Positions 36,436-49,977 of a stretch of DNA of 64,000 bases are shown piece after piece. The position numbers and the translations under genes are program-made. This DNA comes from Rhodosorus marinus CCMP1338 (lineage: Eukaryota > Plantae > Rhodophyta). Within the stretch, counting starts at the first letter, position 1. Every line of letters begins with the position of its first letter. The DNA is taken from assembly GCA_029953675.1 (NCBI GenBank), contig JAMWBK010000003.1, positions 1,054,001-1,118,000 of the forward strand, read 5' to 3'. Below the pieces are notes generated by a model that saw nothing but the letters and a program-made list of their open reading frames with translations, was not told where the DNA came from and did no database searches.

Positions 36436-36770
36436 TCAGATGATGGTGAAAACAATGAAGTGCCGCCTTTCGTCCAACAGCAGGGATAATCTGAGATGAG
36501 CTCGTTCTCGCCGTGTCAGCTGATGAACTTGGCATTTCAACCGTAAACGCTTGGCTTGGTCCAGATCTCTCTCGGCCGAGTGGTCGCGATATGTGACCAC
36601 ATATCGCATCGTCTGGGTGGCTCTCATTCCAGAGTTCCTACTTCAGGGTATTTAGATACATATTTCATGTACCAGCCATGGAGCGTGTCTTTTTCGGCGT
36701 CAAACGATGGCGGACTGAGCTGCAGATATGCATCTAGCCCTGGGATCAGTTCGGTTGGGGTTTTGCAAGG
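36436..36770 (-). mobile_element. Possible degenerate hAT transposase C-terminal dimerisation-domain remnant (frameshifted)
   Basis: LDAYLQ...DTLHGWYMKYVSKYPEVGTL resembles the hAT consensus eld.Yl...l.wW....yP.l. It stops at 36624-36626, and another frame continues with HSAERDLDQAK. No terminal inverted repeats were found. Confidence 0.3.
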
Positions 36771-36781
36771 ACGAGTTCCCT

Positions 36782-37634
36782 CTATCCATTACTTTCACTT
36801 CCTCGAAGCTTGCCCACGGTCTCCACAAGCCTGTCGATATTGCTGCTTATCAGCTCAGTGTCCCTCTTTAGCTCGCGAAAGTCTGAAACCATTGGGGTGA
36901 TAGTTCGCTTGAGCTCAGATACCTCAGTTTTGAGAACGAGGATGTCTTGATGCGCTTGCATTACTTGCTGTGCAAGGCTAGAAGAGGTGTTAACTTGGCT
37001 CTTGAATACTTCGGTAAACGCCTTAGAGTTGTAGTCCATGATGATTCGAAACTGATCGACAGCTGAGCTCACGGTTCGGTCCTCGCTTCTAATCATCGGA
37101 GGAGCTGGATTTTGGAAGGAGCTTGATAGGTTTTCTAGAGCTACGTGTGGTGTGCTATCTTCTCCGTCGCGACCAGCGCCCATCATCGGACTCTCTTGAA
37201 GGTCTTCCTCCGTTCCTATGTTGCTCTCATGTCCTCGTCCAGTTGGGTATGCAGATATTCGCTTCCACAACTGCCTCGCTTTACGCACAAACGGCGCCTC
37301 TGTTGAAGTTCACAAAGCATTCAGGGAGAAGACGATTGTCAGCAGTTTTGTATGAGAGCAGAAGACAATGACTTCACAAGATAATCAACTCGCGAGCACA
37401 GATACCTGGCGTTACTCTGGAATTGACGATCTTGTCGAACTTGTTCTTCAGGGACTTCAGAGACCGAGGATAGATAGCCTGAGCTTGACTCCACTTTGCA
37501 TACTTGCTCGCAACCAAAGGCCAGAGCTCAAGTCCGAGCGACGCATTGGTTTCAATCAGGTAGAGCAAATAGTTGATTTCCTCATCACTAAAGTTCGGGA
37601 TCCCAGCCCTTCCTCTCGCTGCCTCCTCGCTCAT
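36782..37634 (-). CDS. 248-aa protein with N-terminal Myb/SANT-like domain and C-terminal coiled coil; 2 exons (37634-37406, 37299-36782)
   Basis: NFSDEEINYLLYLI...WPLVASKY...RSLKSLKNKFDKI pattern. A phase-1 GT-AG intron joins it in frame to APFVRKARQLWKRI. Heptad-rich tail ILVLKTEVSELKR..FRELKRDTELISSNIDRLVETVGKL. Confidence 0.7.
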
Positions 37635-38698
37635 TTTCCTCAGCTTTACTCGTTAAGAACCACTAAATCTATTCCACACTGATCGCTTCATTGCTGAAGA
37701 CTAACCTCGCGAGAGGATACTCAATGGAGGGCGCGAAGTGACATGACCGCGTGACTTCGTTCTCAATACATTTGCTGAAGTGCATTATCTTCTCAACGTC
37801 AGACATGGCTTCCAACCTGAGTAAGGGTTTCCGGTTTCAGTAGGAGGGAAACAGGGAAGCTGGTCTGATTTGTAGTTATGTCAATGGCTTTCCAGCGGCT
37901 GGTCAATGGCGACACAGAGCTGTACGAACCAGCTCAGCAGGGTTTCGGTGTTTCGGTATGCCATAGTGGAAACCTGAAAACAGCTTTTCTGCCTTTTGAT
38001 TGCGTTTTGGACGAACTTAGGCTTCTGGGTCGTTTCTTTATAATCCTCATGCGGTCTGACGATATAGCTTGATTAACGGTGACGCCGTGATGAGCAAATG
38101 GGGGTGCCCAGCGCGATCGAGATGATTTTGCTTTCGGGGTATACTAAAAGAGATTCATTCATCTTTTGATTCATACCATGTATACCGTTAGGCGGTGTCC
38201 CTTTCTGTCGGGGCGAACGAAATCGCTTATGGTACCATCACTCATAACTCGTGTTCTTCCATCAGCATTCCTCCACGCAAAATAATCGAATTCTCAATCA
38301 GGGCCACAGCGGAACAATCCTCGCTCAAACTGATCGGGCCAGTAAGTATACGCGGATCACTTCTTTATGCCGTTTCCTAACAACCCCTTTACCTTTCTCT
38401 TCGAGTAGACTTCCCGCCACCGGACACCCTAAATTAAGGTCTATTCATAAATATAAAATGTATATTCTCTAAAATACTCAATAATAAGAATTTATTTGTA
38501 TATTTCTTATTTTAAAACTGTATGTTTCCAAATATCCTTATTTTTGACGCATCGATTGGCGTTGATAAGGAGCAATCAGATGCTTCCGATGAGGAAAGCT
38601 TTATATAAGGACGTTAGTTTGGAATGGGAAAGGAGAGCATATTGAGGTAGAAGATATTTAGAGTCAGCTTGAGTTTGCTTTTATTAGCTATCAGCGCT

Positions 38699-39371
38699 AT
38701 GGAGCGTGTTAAGCAGATAACTGTAAATGCTAAGAAGCTGCTTCATGTTTGTGGAATGCGCTCAGAAGGGGACAATGTATCGAGATCGTTGGATGGAGTG
38801 ACAAGTGGTAGGGTGGTTGAACGAGCGCTTGCAAGTCTTTTGAATTTTGTTGGGTGACACAACAAGATTGTTGTGTCCGCAGTTACATGCGGTAGGCTTA
38901 CCTGTGACTTTTTGGGTTTGTGGTATTTCAGATCTTGATGTCGAAGCGCTTGCAAAGGGTCTGCTGGAGTTGATTAGGGAGCTGGATCAATATCTGCAGA
39001 GCTTGTTGCAGTCAAACAAACCAGCGTCGTTGCTGCTTCAAGAGGTATGCATGCGCAACTTATACGCAAGCGATGAACCAACGTCAGGGCTGATTGGCTG
39101 GTTTTGTCTCCACTCTACCCGTCAAGGAAGTAGCCAGGTTGGAAAAGGACTTGACTACAAAAGCAGAGCTTATGAAGAGAACGGACGACATGATCACAGA
39201 TGCACATACCAAGATCGAGTGCGGACTCCCCCAAACACTACAGATCGATAGGTTTTTTCTTGCTGGTTTTGTCTCATCCTTTCGAATGAACTCACATCCT
39301 TGCGTTTGACAATCATTAGGAAACTTAAGACTCAGCATACCAACGCGCTGTACAACTCTTCGACCTCATAA
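38699..39371 (+). CDS. About 121-aa helical protein, possibly Mediator subunit 21-like; 4 exons (38699-38807, 38932-39044, 39127-39218, 39320-39371)
   Basis: The exons splice in frame to ALAKGLLELIRELDQYLQSL...EEVARLEKDL...DDMITDAHTKIEKL, which parallels MED21 AALIARTAKDIDVLIDSL...LYKLEEE...DMLLEKIQ. The family call is visual. Confidence 0.5.
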
Positions 39372-40279
39372 CCCAGTCAATCATGCTCATTATGAAACCG
39401 TCCAGAGGGCTCCTCAGTTGCTGAAAATTCTGTTGACGAAGGAATGGCTTCGCAACCATAAGCGATAGACTTTGAGAAAATCTAGTCTCTGTGAAGGCCA
39501 GGCAATTTAGTTTTCGTACCAGCCGACTGCCGTGAGGGTTGCACGTATTCTGCATACGAGCCAAAATGGGCGCCCATCGGGATGGAGCTTCAAGTTAGGA
39601 TCTTTTGCACTTGCTCCAGAGGTTGTTTATCTTGAAGACTACTTGATGTTAATTGAGGCCGATGAGTATCAATAGGCTTGTGTAGGGTCAGCCACCTACG
39701 GGAAGGCTTTTAGTTAGACCCACTGAGGCAGTGAGCTAAGAAAATAAGTTCAATCTCAATTCCGTGTTTTGTTAGTGGTGATTATAATAAGGAGCTTCGT
39801 GCTTAGTGAATCGATGAGCGTGTATTGAGGTGAGGGGTTAGAGAGACAATTATGAAGGAAGCATCGAAGCCTGAAAGGTATCAAATCAAATGTTCACGCG
39901 AAAACACTGGGCAAGTAGGAAACTATTCATCATCTGCTTCGCCGCCATCCCAACGGTTGACTAAAGCGCTCTTAGAGCGTCGAGGCCGGTTGCATGGGTT
40001 GCGAAACGTGAACAATCGTCACCCTTAGGTGGGAGTTTGAACATCGTCTGGCCGTCGCCACACAAGAGCAATCACCACAGGCCCCTCCATTCCAAGCTTG
40101 GAACTTGGGGTGGCTTCTATGCAAGCCCTGCTCCACACACAGTACCAGGAACACAATTGCGAAGTGAGCTCCTGCGGGGGACTGCCATACGCTGAATGCA
40201 CGCCTCGTCCTAGTAAGCCACGACACCGCTTTGCATTCGGCCGGTACAGTCTTGACGTATCAAGTAAGAGCCATCCAAG

Positions 40280-42107
40280 CTACTGCTGCATGCTTCCCTC
40301 GAAGTTGAAACCTCCTTGGGGTTGATTCGCCATGTCAAGACCAAAAGCATACTGGCCGTCAATGGCTTGAGGTGCTACGTCTCCGACCTCACCACCATCG
40401 AAGTAAGTAACCAACAGGGCGACGGCCTTCTCGTAAATATCAGCATTCTCATGCTGCTGCAGGGCTTCCAATTTATCAACGCCTCCACATTCTTCGATTT
40501 CTGTTGCGGCTGAATTGACATCGTTCGGATTTCGGTGCTTTTCGTAGACTTTGAGAATCTGTTCCAATCCCTCCATGGCAAGCTTTATGATCTTTGCGTC
40601 AGGCGCCTCAAGCAGGTCACATATGAGGGGTATGCACCCACTCTTAACTAGAAAGGCCACCTGAACAAGTCCGGACAGTTGTCTCGTCAGATCATCTACC
40701 GGGACCTTTCATTTCATGAGAGGCTTAGTCCTACCTGTTCCGGGGATCCACCGTAGGTAGCATTTGAAACTGCCCAAGCAGCCTCTTTCTTAACCTCAAA
40801 GTCATCCTTCTGCAACTGCTGGAGAAGAACCGGAATGAATTCGGCCTCAAGCACCGCCTGAATCTGCGCCTTAGTACCCGCAGTTATGTTCGAGATGGTC
40901 CAACTCGCTTCCCTCCGAATCGACTTTCGGTCAGAAGTTAGCATTGTCTTCAGAGCCGCAAGAGCATTATTGTCAATCACGGCCTGAGTCTGTTGTTCGT
41001 TCCCGGTTACGATATTTCCAATAATTCGGAGCGCCGGGACTTGAATCGAAATGTTCCTGTGCATCAGAAGCTGTACCAATCTACCGATGACGTTTGTATT
41101 GACAACTGCTTGAATCTATTGACATATAGAAAAGAAAATTCAGACCCATGGCAAATACCCCTCCTGAACACCCGCCGAGGTTGTCATATCCCCGCCACTC
41201 ATCCAACTTACGTGCATATCCTCGCCATCTGACAGGTAAGACAATGCCCAAAGAGCGTCTGTAACAACTTCCTCGTCGTCTCTATAGACGAGCTCAGTTA
41301 AAACCGGCAAGGTTGGTGCTACCCTCTCGAAGTCGGGCTTCGGTTTTCCTCGACACAGATTTGAGAGTGCCCACGTAGCGTTGCGGAGCATCGACTGTCC
41401 TGCATAGGTGTTCAGCTGAGACAGTAGAGGGTTCAAGGCTCCTGCCGCCAGGACAGCATCCCTGCAGCTTGCTCCATCTCCAGCAATGTTACCAAGCGCC
41501 CAGACTGCCTGCTCCCGTACGTCATCGTTCGGTGACGATAACAGCTTCGTGAAAACTGGTACAGCTCCATGGCTAACTACGACACTAAAAATTTGGTCCG
41601 GAGAGGTTGGGTTAGCACATACATCAACAGCTCTGGATGACTGATGAATGCGATTCACTAAATTACTTACTTCGTGTGCTCGGACGTTCCTGATGCGATG
41701 TTTGTCAGTGCCCATGAAGCTTCAAACTGGAGTCTGTGGTTGTTATCTCGATCGAGGAACGAAATAAAAACTGGAACAACTCCTGCATGTACAACTTGGT
41801 CGATCGGAGGATTCTGATCTACGGAAAGCATTCTCCGCACCGCTATAGTTGCCTCTAACTGCGCGACCGGATCTTCCGAGAAGATGCCCTGAACTATTGC
41901 CCGATTCCTCTCCGAGAATTCATCGCTCTCATCGAACTCGAGATTCTGCTGAGTTGCCACATCGCGACGCTTCTTCATGAGCTGTTCTTCTCTCCGGGAT
42001 TTTCTAATCTCCACTGCATTTTCTTCCCGCTTCCGACGCGAATCATCGGGATCGATGCCCTTCTTGTAGGCCTTCTTCCGCAGGTCCTCTCGCATCCTGG
42101 AAGCCAT
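40280..42107 (-). CDS. KPNA: Importin alpha (karyopherin alpha); multi-exon
   Basis: IBB domain ([25 protein letters not shown]), ARM repeats ([55 protein letters not shown]) and C-terminal [12 protein letters not shown]. Confidence 0.97.
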
Positions 42108-43639
42108 CTCCTTATCGAATCCCCCTCAGAATCTCTCGCTCATCTACACTCCCAAAACGTTTCTTACTACCTCTATAAAAAAAAAATACCTCTCGATCAC
42201 CCTCACTCTACCATCCACCTTCCCACTCCCAAGAACTCATCCAAACCTCCCCTCACCCATGCCATCCGCCTCCTGTCTCAAAAACACATCCCCAAAACAA
42301 ACAAAACCGCAATTTGTCCCCCCAACGCCTTCTAGAAAAAGCGCTACTACTCAAAAACCATGTGAAATCATTTCCTGTAACAATTCCCTCGGGCCTATAT
42401 CAGAAGTTATAGACTAGCTACTGTTACCCCTTTCATTGTGAGGTAACTTTTTTCCCGTCTTGCTCCATCGAGGCTTTCAATGAAAAGCGTTTTTGTATTT
42501 TTTTTCCTGCTTCCTTTTGAAAAGGCACAAAACTCGAGGATGCCCCGAATTTCGCCGCTCAAGACCCCAACTCAAAAAAGCAGCGCTTTATTGTTTTTTT
42601 ATTTAATTAAATCCTATTTTGTTAAAATTATGATCTAGAGTCGTTATTTTATTGAACAAAAAGTTTTGAGTTTAAAGTTTGATCAGGGCTACCTCCTTTT
42701 CTTTAGAACTTGGAGGATAAGGAACTTTAGGGGTTAAATTTATTTCAAGTTCTTACGAAGACCCCCGTAATAAATTAATTTTATGATAATATTGGGTTTT
42801 ATTCGGCTCGAGGCAGAGGGTTGGTTGGTCATCAACGAAAACGACTAATTGTAAAGGGGGGGGGAAGTTACTTGTGACTTGTCCATAGATGGAATCGGTG
42901 TTTTTTTTGGCAACCCTCCTCACGTATAGATCGAGTTTGACGAATATTTGTTTTAAGAGAATTTTTCGGGGGAAAAATCATACAGGGGAAATTTCCAGGG
43001 CGCAGATCCACCCCTCCAGCAAGGCGCGAGGGAAGCAAATGTATGGATTGGATACATAGTATTTTCGCGGTATCGACCGCTCTCGTACTAACAAATGTTT
43101 CCTTTTTTTGAAATTTCAGCATTTTTAGTCCAATCAGCAAGAATCATGGACGGAAAGGTCTATGTTGTTGGATTAATCTTCTCAAATTCAAGTAAATGCA
43201 GCGTGTGATGATCCCATTATTTAGTAACGTATTACCTAGAAACTGTGTTTCAACGGCAAAGTACTGGCATTGACAGTTTGCTTGGGTTTTACGCCATGGC
43301 TTTCTAATGCCACCTTAGCTTAAGCTTAACGTTAAGAAGGAGACATTCACACTTCAAGCAACCACCATATCCCGATGACGGCACTCCCCTGCATGTTGGT
43401 TCACAACGTTCGATCCATGATATTCGACATCCGTACATGATTTCTGAAATGAGCAGTTTTCCATCAAGCGATGACGGCACTACTCCCCTTGGCAGCTTGC
43501 AAGCTCGGGTAGGCTGCCGTCGATTAGTGCACAATATACAATACCCTTATCCACAGGCCCATGGCGCTCATCGTTGGCATCTATCGATCATTAGTCTAAG
43601 GATACTGTTAAGGCACGCGCGGGACTTTTACATAATGCA

Positions 43640-43743
43640 AACGCAGGCTAATAGTATCCTTTGGGGGGGCCAACGCAGGCTAATAGTATCCTATGAGAGG
43701 GGCTAACGCAGGCTAATAGTATCCTATGGGGGGGCTAACGCAG
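43640..43743 (+). repeat. 32-33-bp minisatellite, about 3.2 copies
   Basis: AACGCAGGCTAATAGTATCCT at 43640, 43672 and 43705, each followed by an 11-12 nt G-rich tail; partial fourth copy at 43737. Confidence 0.95.
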
Positions 43744-45136
43744 CTGCCACACTACACAATCGGAGTGGACCATTAGGAGAGCCCGCTGATACCTAGTCTT
43801 CGGTTCTGCTTTTCATAGCTATGGACCACCGGGAACCTGTAGACAGTGATGAAGTCGTGTTGCACAGCTACGAGAAAAAATAAAAAACACTATCAGCGGG
43901 CTATCCTGAAGATCTAGTTCGCTAGCCGCCAATAGGATCTCTGCGCTACTATCCCGCAGGGTAGTATTGCCCCGTCTAGGTCAGTTGGACATGCTAAAGA
44001 ACAGAACATCTCCCACTGGATTGGCCGGATGATGCGCTCCTGCGGGTCCTCTTAATCTGAGTTCGCGCAGCTTAGCTAGTGCGTCTTGTACAATGCGAGT
44101 AGCTGTCCCGTACCTTCGCAATGAAAGCATTTGGCAGAATGGGAAACCTCGCTCAGGATTTCTTGGGCGACATTCGCGCGCACTTGTCGTCGGAAACGAT
44201 GGAGCTCAGTGACGCGCGAACCAGGCCAATAGGACCCTATAGGAACGGGAGGCTGAGACTACGTTAGTAGCTCTGCGCGTACATCATCAGGACAGCCCGA
44301 TGATGCCTGTTTCCACTTCTTTTTTACGTTTTCTGTGACTCAGTTGCGCGGTAGTTAAACCGGCCTTTCCCATGTCCTTGATAGGCTTGGTGTTGCGATG
44401 CCCTAGGCAGCTGCCTAGGAAAGGTTACGGTTACCATAGAAAGTCGAAAATTTTCCTTCAAATTCACGAGAAAAGTACAGAATGAACAGCCAAGCCGGCC
44501 GATTGTCATCCATCAGTTCATGACATGCTACGTTCCAACTTGATATTGAAAACAGGTCTTCTATCAGTACATGACCGCTAACACCCCTAAAACCGTCAAA
44601 AATACAAAGATTGTCGTTATACATCACTCCACGACAGAAGACGCAAAGCCCAATACCCCTGTGACCCAGCAGCCCGATTACTCCCCTACTTCTACCCCTA
44701 ACTTGCAGATAGTCATCAATCAGCCCATGACGTGAAACGTCCTTTGGATTGAATTCTAAAGGCGTTCCTTCTATCTATTCATGACGGGGAACGCTTCAAA
44801 TAATTTTCTCCTCAAAAATGTGCTGAAGGTGGTCACCCATCAACCCATGACAGCACCATCCCCAAGCCAAGAGATATCCAAATGGAATTTTTCTCCCCTG
44901 AAAGGAGGAACTTCTTCGGTGTGCTAGAGGACTTGGGGAGAGTGTAGGTTAAGAGTAGAGGAGGTGTATTTGGATCTGAACAAGGCGTATCCGGAACATT
45001 TCGAAGAATGCAGTTGCGCATGTTGGATTCTCCGTCTGATTTTGTGGACTGTTGAGTACTTAATGCTGTGAGGATGAACAGTGATGTTAGGTAAATAGGA
45101 GCATACCTTTTTTGCTGTTTGTTGTCGTTTGCGAGA

Positions 45137-48100
45137 ATGACGAATCGATACGGTGGTCAGAGCATAGCGCAGGCGCTCTCCTTCATTAGGATATTGGAGG
45201 GCGATTTGAAGGGGATCAGCTCTGAAGCGAAGAAGAAAGCCCCTGAGGTGAAGGAGGCTGCCGAGCTCGGACTTTTGAAGCTGAAAGAGATCGATCTTTC
45301 CGCAGAGGAGATTTCTGGCGGTAAAGAGGACGCGGGCGAGGATGATGAGGAGTGGGGGTCTAGGGCTCTTACTCAAGCACTTTCAACTGCTGAAGAGATA
45401 TCCCTCGCGTTCATCGCTGCTTGCGATCCAAGTGTCCCGAAGGTTAATCTGCAGGCACTGGGCGGCATCCACAAGATGGTCATGCACTCAGCTATCCCCC
45501 CGGACCTACTTACCGATCTGTTCACAGCGCTTGAGAAGCTTGTGGAACCAACGACAGATCAAAACGTGTTGCTGAAAGTTCTCGAGGCCCTGCTCTCACT
45601 TCTGACCTCGCGTTACTTCCAACAGCATCTCACTCAATCGATGCAGCGGATGGGGCTATCGATGCTTCTTAATCTGAGCAATATTGGAGAAGATCTATCT
45701 TCGAGTCCCGTGCAGACTATAGCCACAATCGCGATTGTTCGAAAGCAGACTTCCGAAGTAGCGTTCCGCCAGGTCTGCTCTGAGATTTTTTTTCATGCCA
45801 GCGAAGCTGCGGAAGCAGATTCGGAGAAGGACGCTGTCGACGGGCAGAGCCCGGTAAAACTCGGCTCGTCTTCAGTTGGGGACCTTCCAGAAGCAGTAGC
45901 TTGCGCATACCTCCTATTTCGTGACCTCTGTGCTCTTGTTAACGGCGACGCTTGTACTTGGCTGGGTGTGGAGAGCATAAGGCTGGGGCTTGTACTAGAG
46001 GTTGTCGAGGAGGTGCTTCGAGGAGACCTATTTCAGTCCTCGAAAAGAATAAGGTCGCTCTTGACTTCGAGACTGTGCCCGGCGCTGCATGAGCGGTTAA
46101 ATTCGACCGCATCCACCGCAACGTACGCTCTTCTTTTGAGGATTGTCTTCCTTCTCGTTGTGAACTTCCTGGACGATCTTCAAGCGGATATGGAGGTAAT
46201 GCTATTCCTGCTCGTGAAAACAGTTGAAGACCCGGATTCAATGGGCGAATGCAGCTCGGCTCTCCATCGAGTCCTCGCGCTGGAAGCCCTTAGGTGTACA
46301 TTCAGCCATCACGATGGAGAGGTTATTCAGGGCCTCAATCGCGCCTTTGACTCAACTTCCGGTGCCACTGGTATTGTTAAATCGACGTTCGAGGTGCGAA
46401 CAGAACCACTCATGCTTCCAATCTCATTTTCTGAAACACGGGCAGTTGCTAACCTCGCTGTGGACTCTCTCATGTCGAAAACAGGTAGCCAGTCAGTTGG
46501 CCAAAGGCAACACCCTAGACGTGTCTCCGGGCTCACTGGCAATGCTGGAAGGATCCGCGGCTCCCTTCAGCAGTACTTTGCTGAAAGATGAGGATACTGA
46601 AAAGACGTTGAGCATCATAAGCTTGTCATTGTGTCGAGCATCGTTGAGAGCAATGACTGCAATGGCGGCCCAGGATGAATATGCGGCAGTTCTGCTTGGG
46701 CTGTCTTGGAAGCATCTTACGACTTCACTAATGCAAGTGCTTCGCCCTGACGGAAAAGAGGAGGCGAACCATGCCCGGGCAGTAACGTTTGTTAGTGAGC
46801 CCCTCGTGAAGCTAGTCGGTCTGGATGTTGGACATGAGGTTGTCAGGGCCAGAGGATATGTGGCTGAGAGTTTGTGCTCCGTCTGCGATGCACAGCTGCG
46901 TTCGGGAAAACCGATGGTAACCCTGAACGTTTTTGAATCGCTTTTCGCGGTCGTGATCAATTGCAGACCTGCACTTCAAGAAAACTGGTCCGACGTAGTT
47001 GCAGTTTGCGACCGTCTCGATTCTGCGCTTCAGTCGAGCAAGGCGCTCACCGCACTGGAGGAGCCGCTCAATGCTTTTCATAAGTCGGTACTGGACCTTC
47101 CGTTACAGAGTAAGAGGGGTTTCGTTGAGGCGCTGGTCGGCACGTCGAGAAACACTTACCGTAACACCTCGGAGAAAGAGTCAAGCGAAATGTCTCTTCA
47201 ACCGCTGGTCAGGATACGAGACTTTTTACTTGGCCTTATCGAGGGAAAGGATGCTATGGAAGAAGGTGTTTGGGATCTTGTCCTCGGTCATTTGGTCTCC
47301 CTGGTTCGAGATCACGTAGATCCATCCCTGAGACAACTGGCTTTGAAGTACATACACCAGCTGCAGCTCGCGGCACTTGGAGTTGTTGATGAGTCACTGC
47401 TTCCGCACGGCAAGGTACCACAGATACCATCGAGTCAGATATACCCGTTAGATCCCTTCTCACACGCTTATGTGACTGGCCAGGTTATTGTGCCGATGAA
47501 GGATTTAATGATTGCGACCAGTCACGACACCCGCGTCGGCGTGATCGAAAAGCTGAGGGTAATTTTGGAGACGAAGGGTGAGCTCGTGCATGGGCATGAA
47601 GCCTGGGAGAATATTGTGGCGGTTCTACGTATAGCAGTTGAGAAGGGTGGCGATGTGCAGGTTGCAAATGAGGAGGTGGAGCCGAAATCATCCGCTCCGG
47701 ATGAGACCGACAAAGCGTCTCTCATGCACCTTGGCTTTCGAGCTGTCCAGCTCATTGCCACTGATTTCTTACAAGTAATGTCCTTCTCAGTAGTCGGAAG
47801 TTTCATTGACGTACTTGGATTATACGGCACGCAGAATGAAGATGTTAATACTGCGTTAACCTCGGTGTCTCTTCTGTGGGGAGTAGCAGACTTCCTTTCC
47901 AAGGTATGCTCAGTGTTGCTCAAATAAGAGAAGGAAAGCTGCCCCCGGCACAGCTGCTTGTTTGTTGCTGAAGATTTTCTCCCATGAACTATGGTCCGCG
48001 CTACAGTCTGAGCAAACCACCACGCAGGACACACTATGGTTGGCAATCTTCACATGGCTGAAGCACCTCGGTCTTGACGGAAGACCAGAGCTACGGAACG

Positions 48101-49977
48101 GAGCAATAAAGTCCCTGATAAGCACACTTCTTGCCCACGGGACGGTGCTCTCACCTAAAGCATGGGCGGGATGCCTCACAGACTGCTTGGATCCTCTTAT
48201 TAAGGAGGTAATGGTGGGGGGCCTGAATGAGGAAGCCTCCTCCGTGGAAGCCCCTGCTGACACCAATTCAGCAAGCGACGGGAACACTAGGATCATCATC
48301 CATCACAGCCGTGATACTCCGGAAAAGCAATGGGACGAAACCAGGAATCTAATGCTGTCTAGTATGGCAAGACTTTTGAAGAGGTTCAGCGACCGACTCA
48401 TCGAAACTGTACAATTTGACGTGCTGGCCAGAACTTGGTTGTCTTCATTGGAGGCCTCATCAAAGTGCGCTGCAGCAGATCCGAAGGCGAAGGAAATTGC
48501 AACTTCAGGAGTTGACGCCATGCTCGATATCCTAAAAACGGCTGCTCTGTTGGGCATAGATGAATCAGGGCAGATACGGAAGGAAAGTGCTGAGGAGCTG
48601 GAGGTAAAGGAAAGGCTGTGGAATGCTGCCTGGCAAAGCATCGACGGATGCGTTTGGACCAGCGACGAGCCAGAGAAGAAATTCATCTCAAACGGCCATG
48701 CGCTTTTACGTCTCTGCAAAGGACTTGCGAGGGTTTGGTCCGATATCTTCGAATTTAGATCCAGCGGAGATGCTCTCAATATCGTCAATGTTCTGGTTCG
48801 AATCGCGCAGCAGGAAGTGGCAGAAACGCACACGATCGAAATAAGGAACGCAGCTTTGGATTCCATAGCGCAGCTCAAGTTCCTTGTGAGTGAAGTCGAG
48901 GCATGGACTTCCCTGGTCAAAGAAATGCTTCGACTTTTGCTCTCGAAGCAGAGCGACCCGTTAGCCGACGAACTCGCCAAGCGAAGAGTCCTCCTAACCC
49001 TACAAGCGCAGTACAAGGGATCGGAGTTACCTCAGCAAGTGAAAATTGACGAGCTCGAGGATGTGGTCGGGAGCATCTTTCCGCTTATGTTGGCGAGAAC
49101 GGAATACGTTCAGGCCTCGATCACAGCCGCCAAAGAGAATCGTGCAGTCGTTCCTCCAAGCCGACTCACTTCGCGGGTTGCTGGAGAATTACATTTGGAA
49201 CTGGACAAACCCGTCTGGGCGGTCGCAGTCGACACCTTCCAAGTGGCCGTGGACGCCGGGTGCGGCGAGGGAGGAGCTTACAAGGGCAGCGTTTGGCCTG
49301 TACTTGTGCAGAGCTTTGAGCAGTTTCTCCTCTCCAAAAGTGGCGCACCCGTGAGGGGCATATCGAATCCAGGCGCAAGAGTTGCGTTTACGATGAAAGA
49401 GTTCGAGGATTCACAACGGAGTCTCCACGCGAAGGTCTATCGGTTGGTTCAGGAATACGACGAAGCCCTTGTTGAGACTGTACGAGTTTGCTTGCAAAGA
49501 AGTGAAGGCGTTGAGGAGGTCTTCCGTCAGCGCATGCTGAGGATCTTGACGGAAGGTGCGACGCAGGGCCAGAATCGTAGCCAGTTTGCCAGAGCTTGCC
49601 AAGCTGTCCTGTTTAGCTTGGCGAGCGGGAGCTCCGGTTCGGACGGATCGCTGAACTCGGTAGAACTCGAGGCCCAAGCCTCGCTTTCCTCTGTATGCGA
49701 AGCCGTACTTCGTTCTTACGTTCGGGACGGACGTAGATCAGGAAAGTGCCCGCTTCCTGCTTCACGGCGAGCTGAAGTTCTACACCTCCTGAATCAGCTG
49801 CATGCCCTGCGCGTGGATACGAGTGATGGCAATCCCCGCGGGGGTTCTCAGAGGCACATCGTTGACCTGTACCCCACAATTTGTCAGTGTGTTGAGATTG
49901 ACGACGCTGATGTACGTACTTTGACAAGGGCGCTTTTGTTGGAAGCGGGTGGTGCGTTGGGTGTACGACAACCCTAG
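45137..49977 (+). CDS. MON2: MON2-like large Arf-GEF-related HEAT protein; 3 exons
   Basis: N-terminal DCB-like LEGDLKGISSEAKKKAPEVKEAAE, LGFRAVQLIATDFL, QNEDVNTALTSVSLLWGVADF, DGRPELRNGAIKSL, HHSRDTPEKQWDET and C-terminal RHIVDLYPTICQCV. Confidence 0.9.

Noticed and set aside
43640-43743. CRISPR-like array (21-nt constant part plus variable part)
   Set aside because: The variable parts are only 11-12 nt and nearly identical, the context is eukaryotic, and there are no cas genes. It is a minisatellite.
43845-43912. Box C/D snoRNA candidate (TGATGA...CTGA)
   Set aside because: No terminal stem and no recognisable rRNA-complementary guide.
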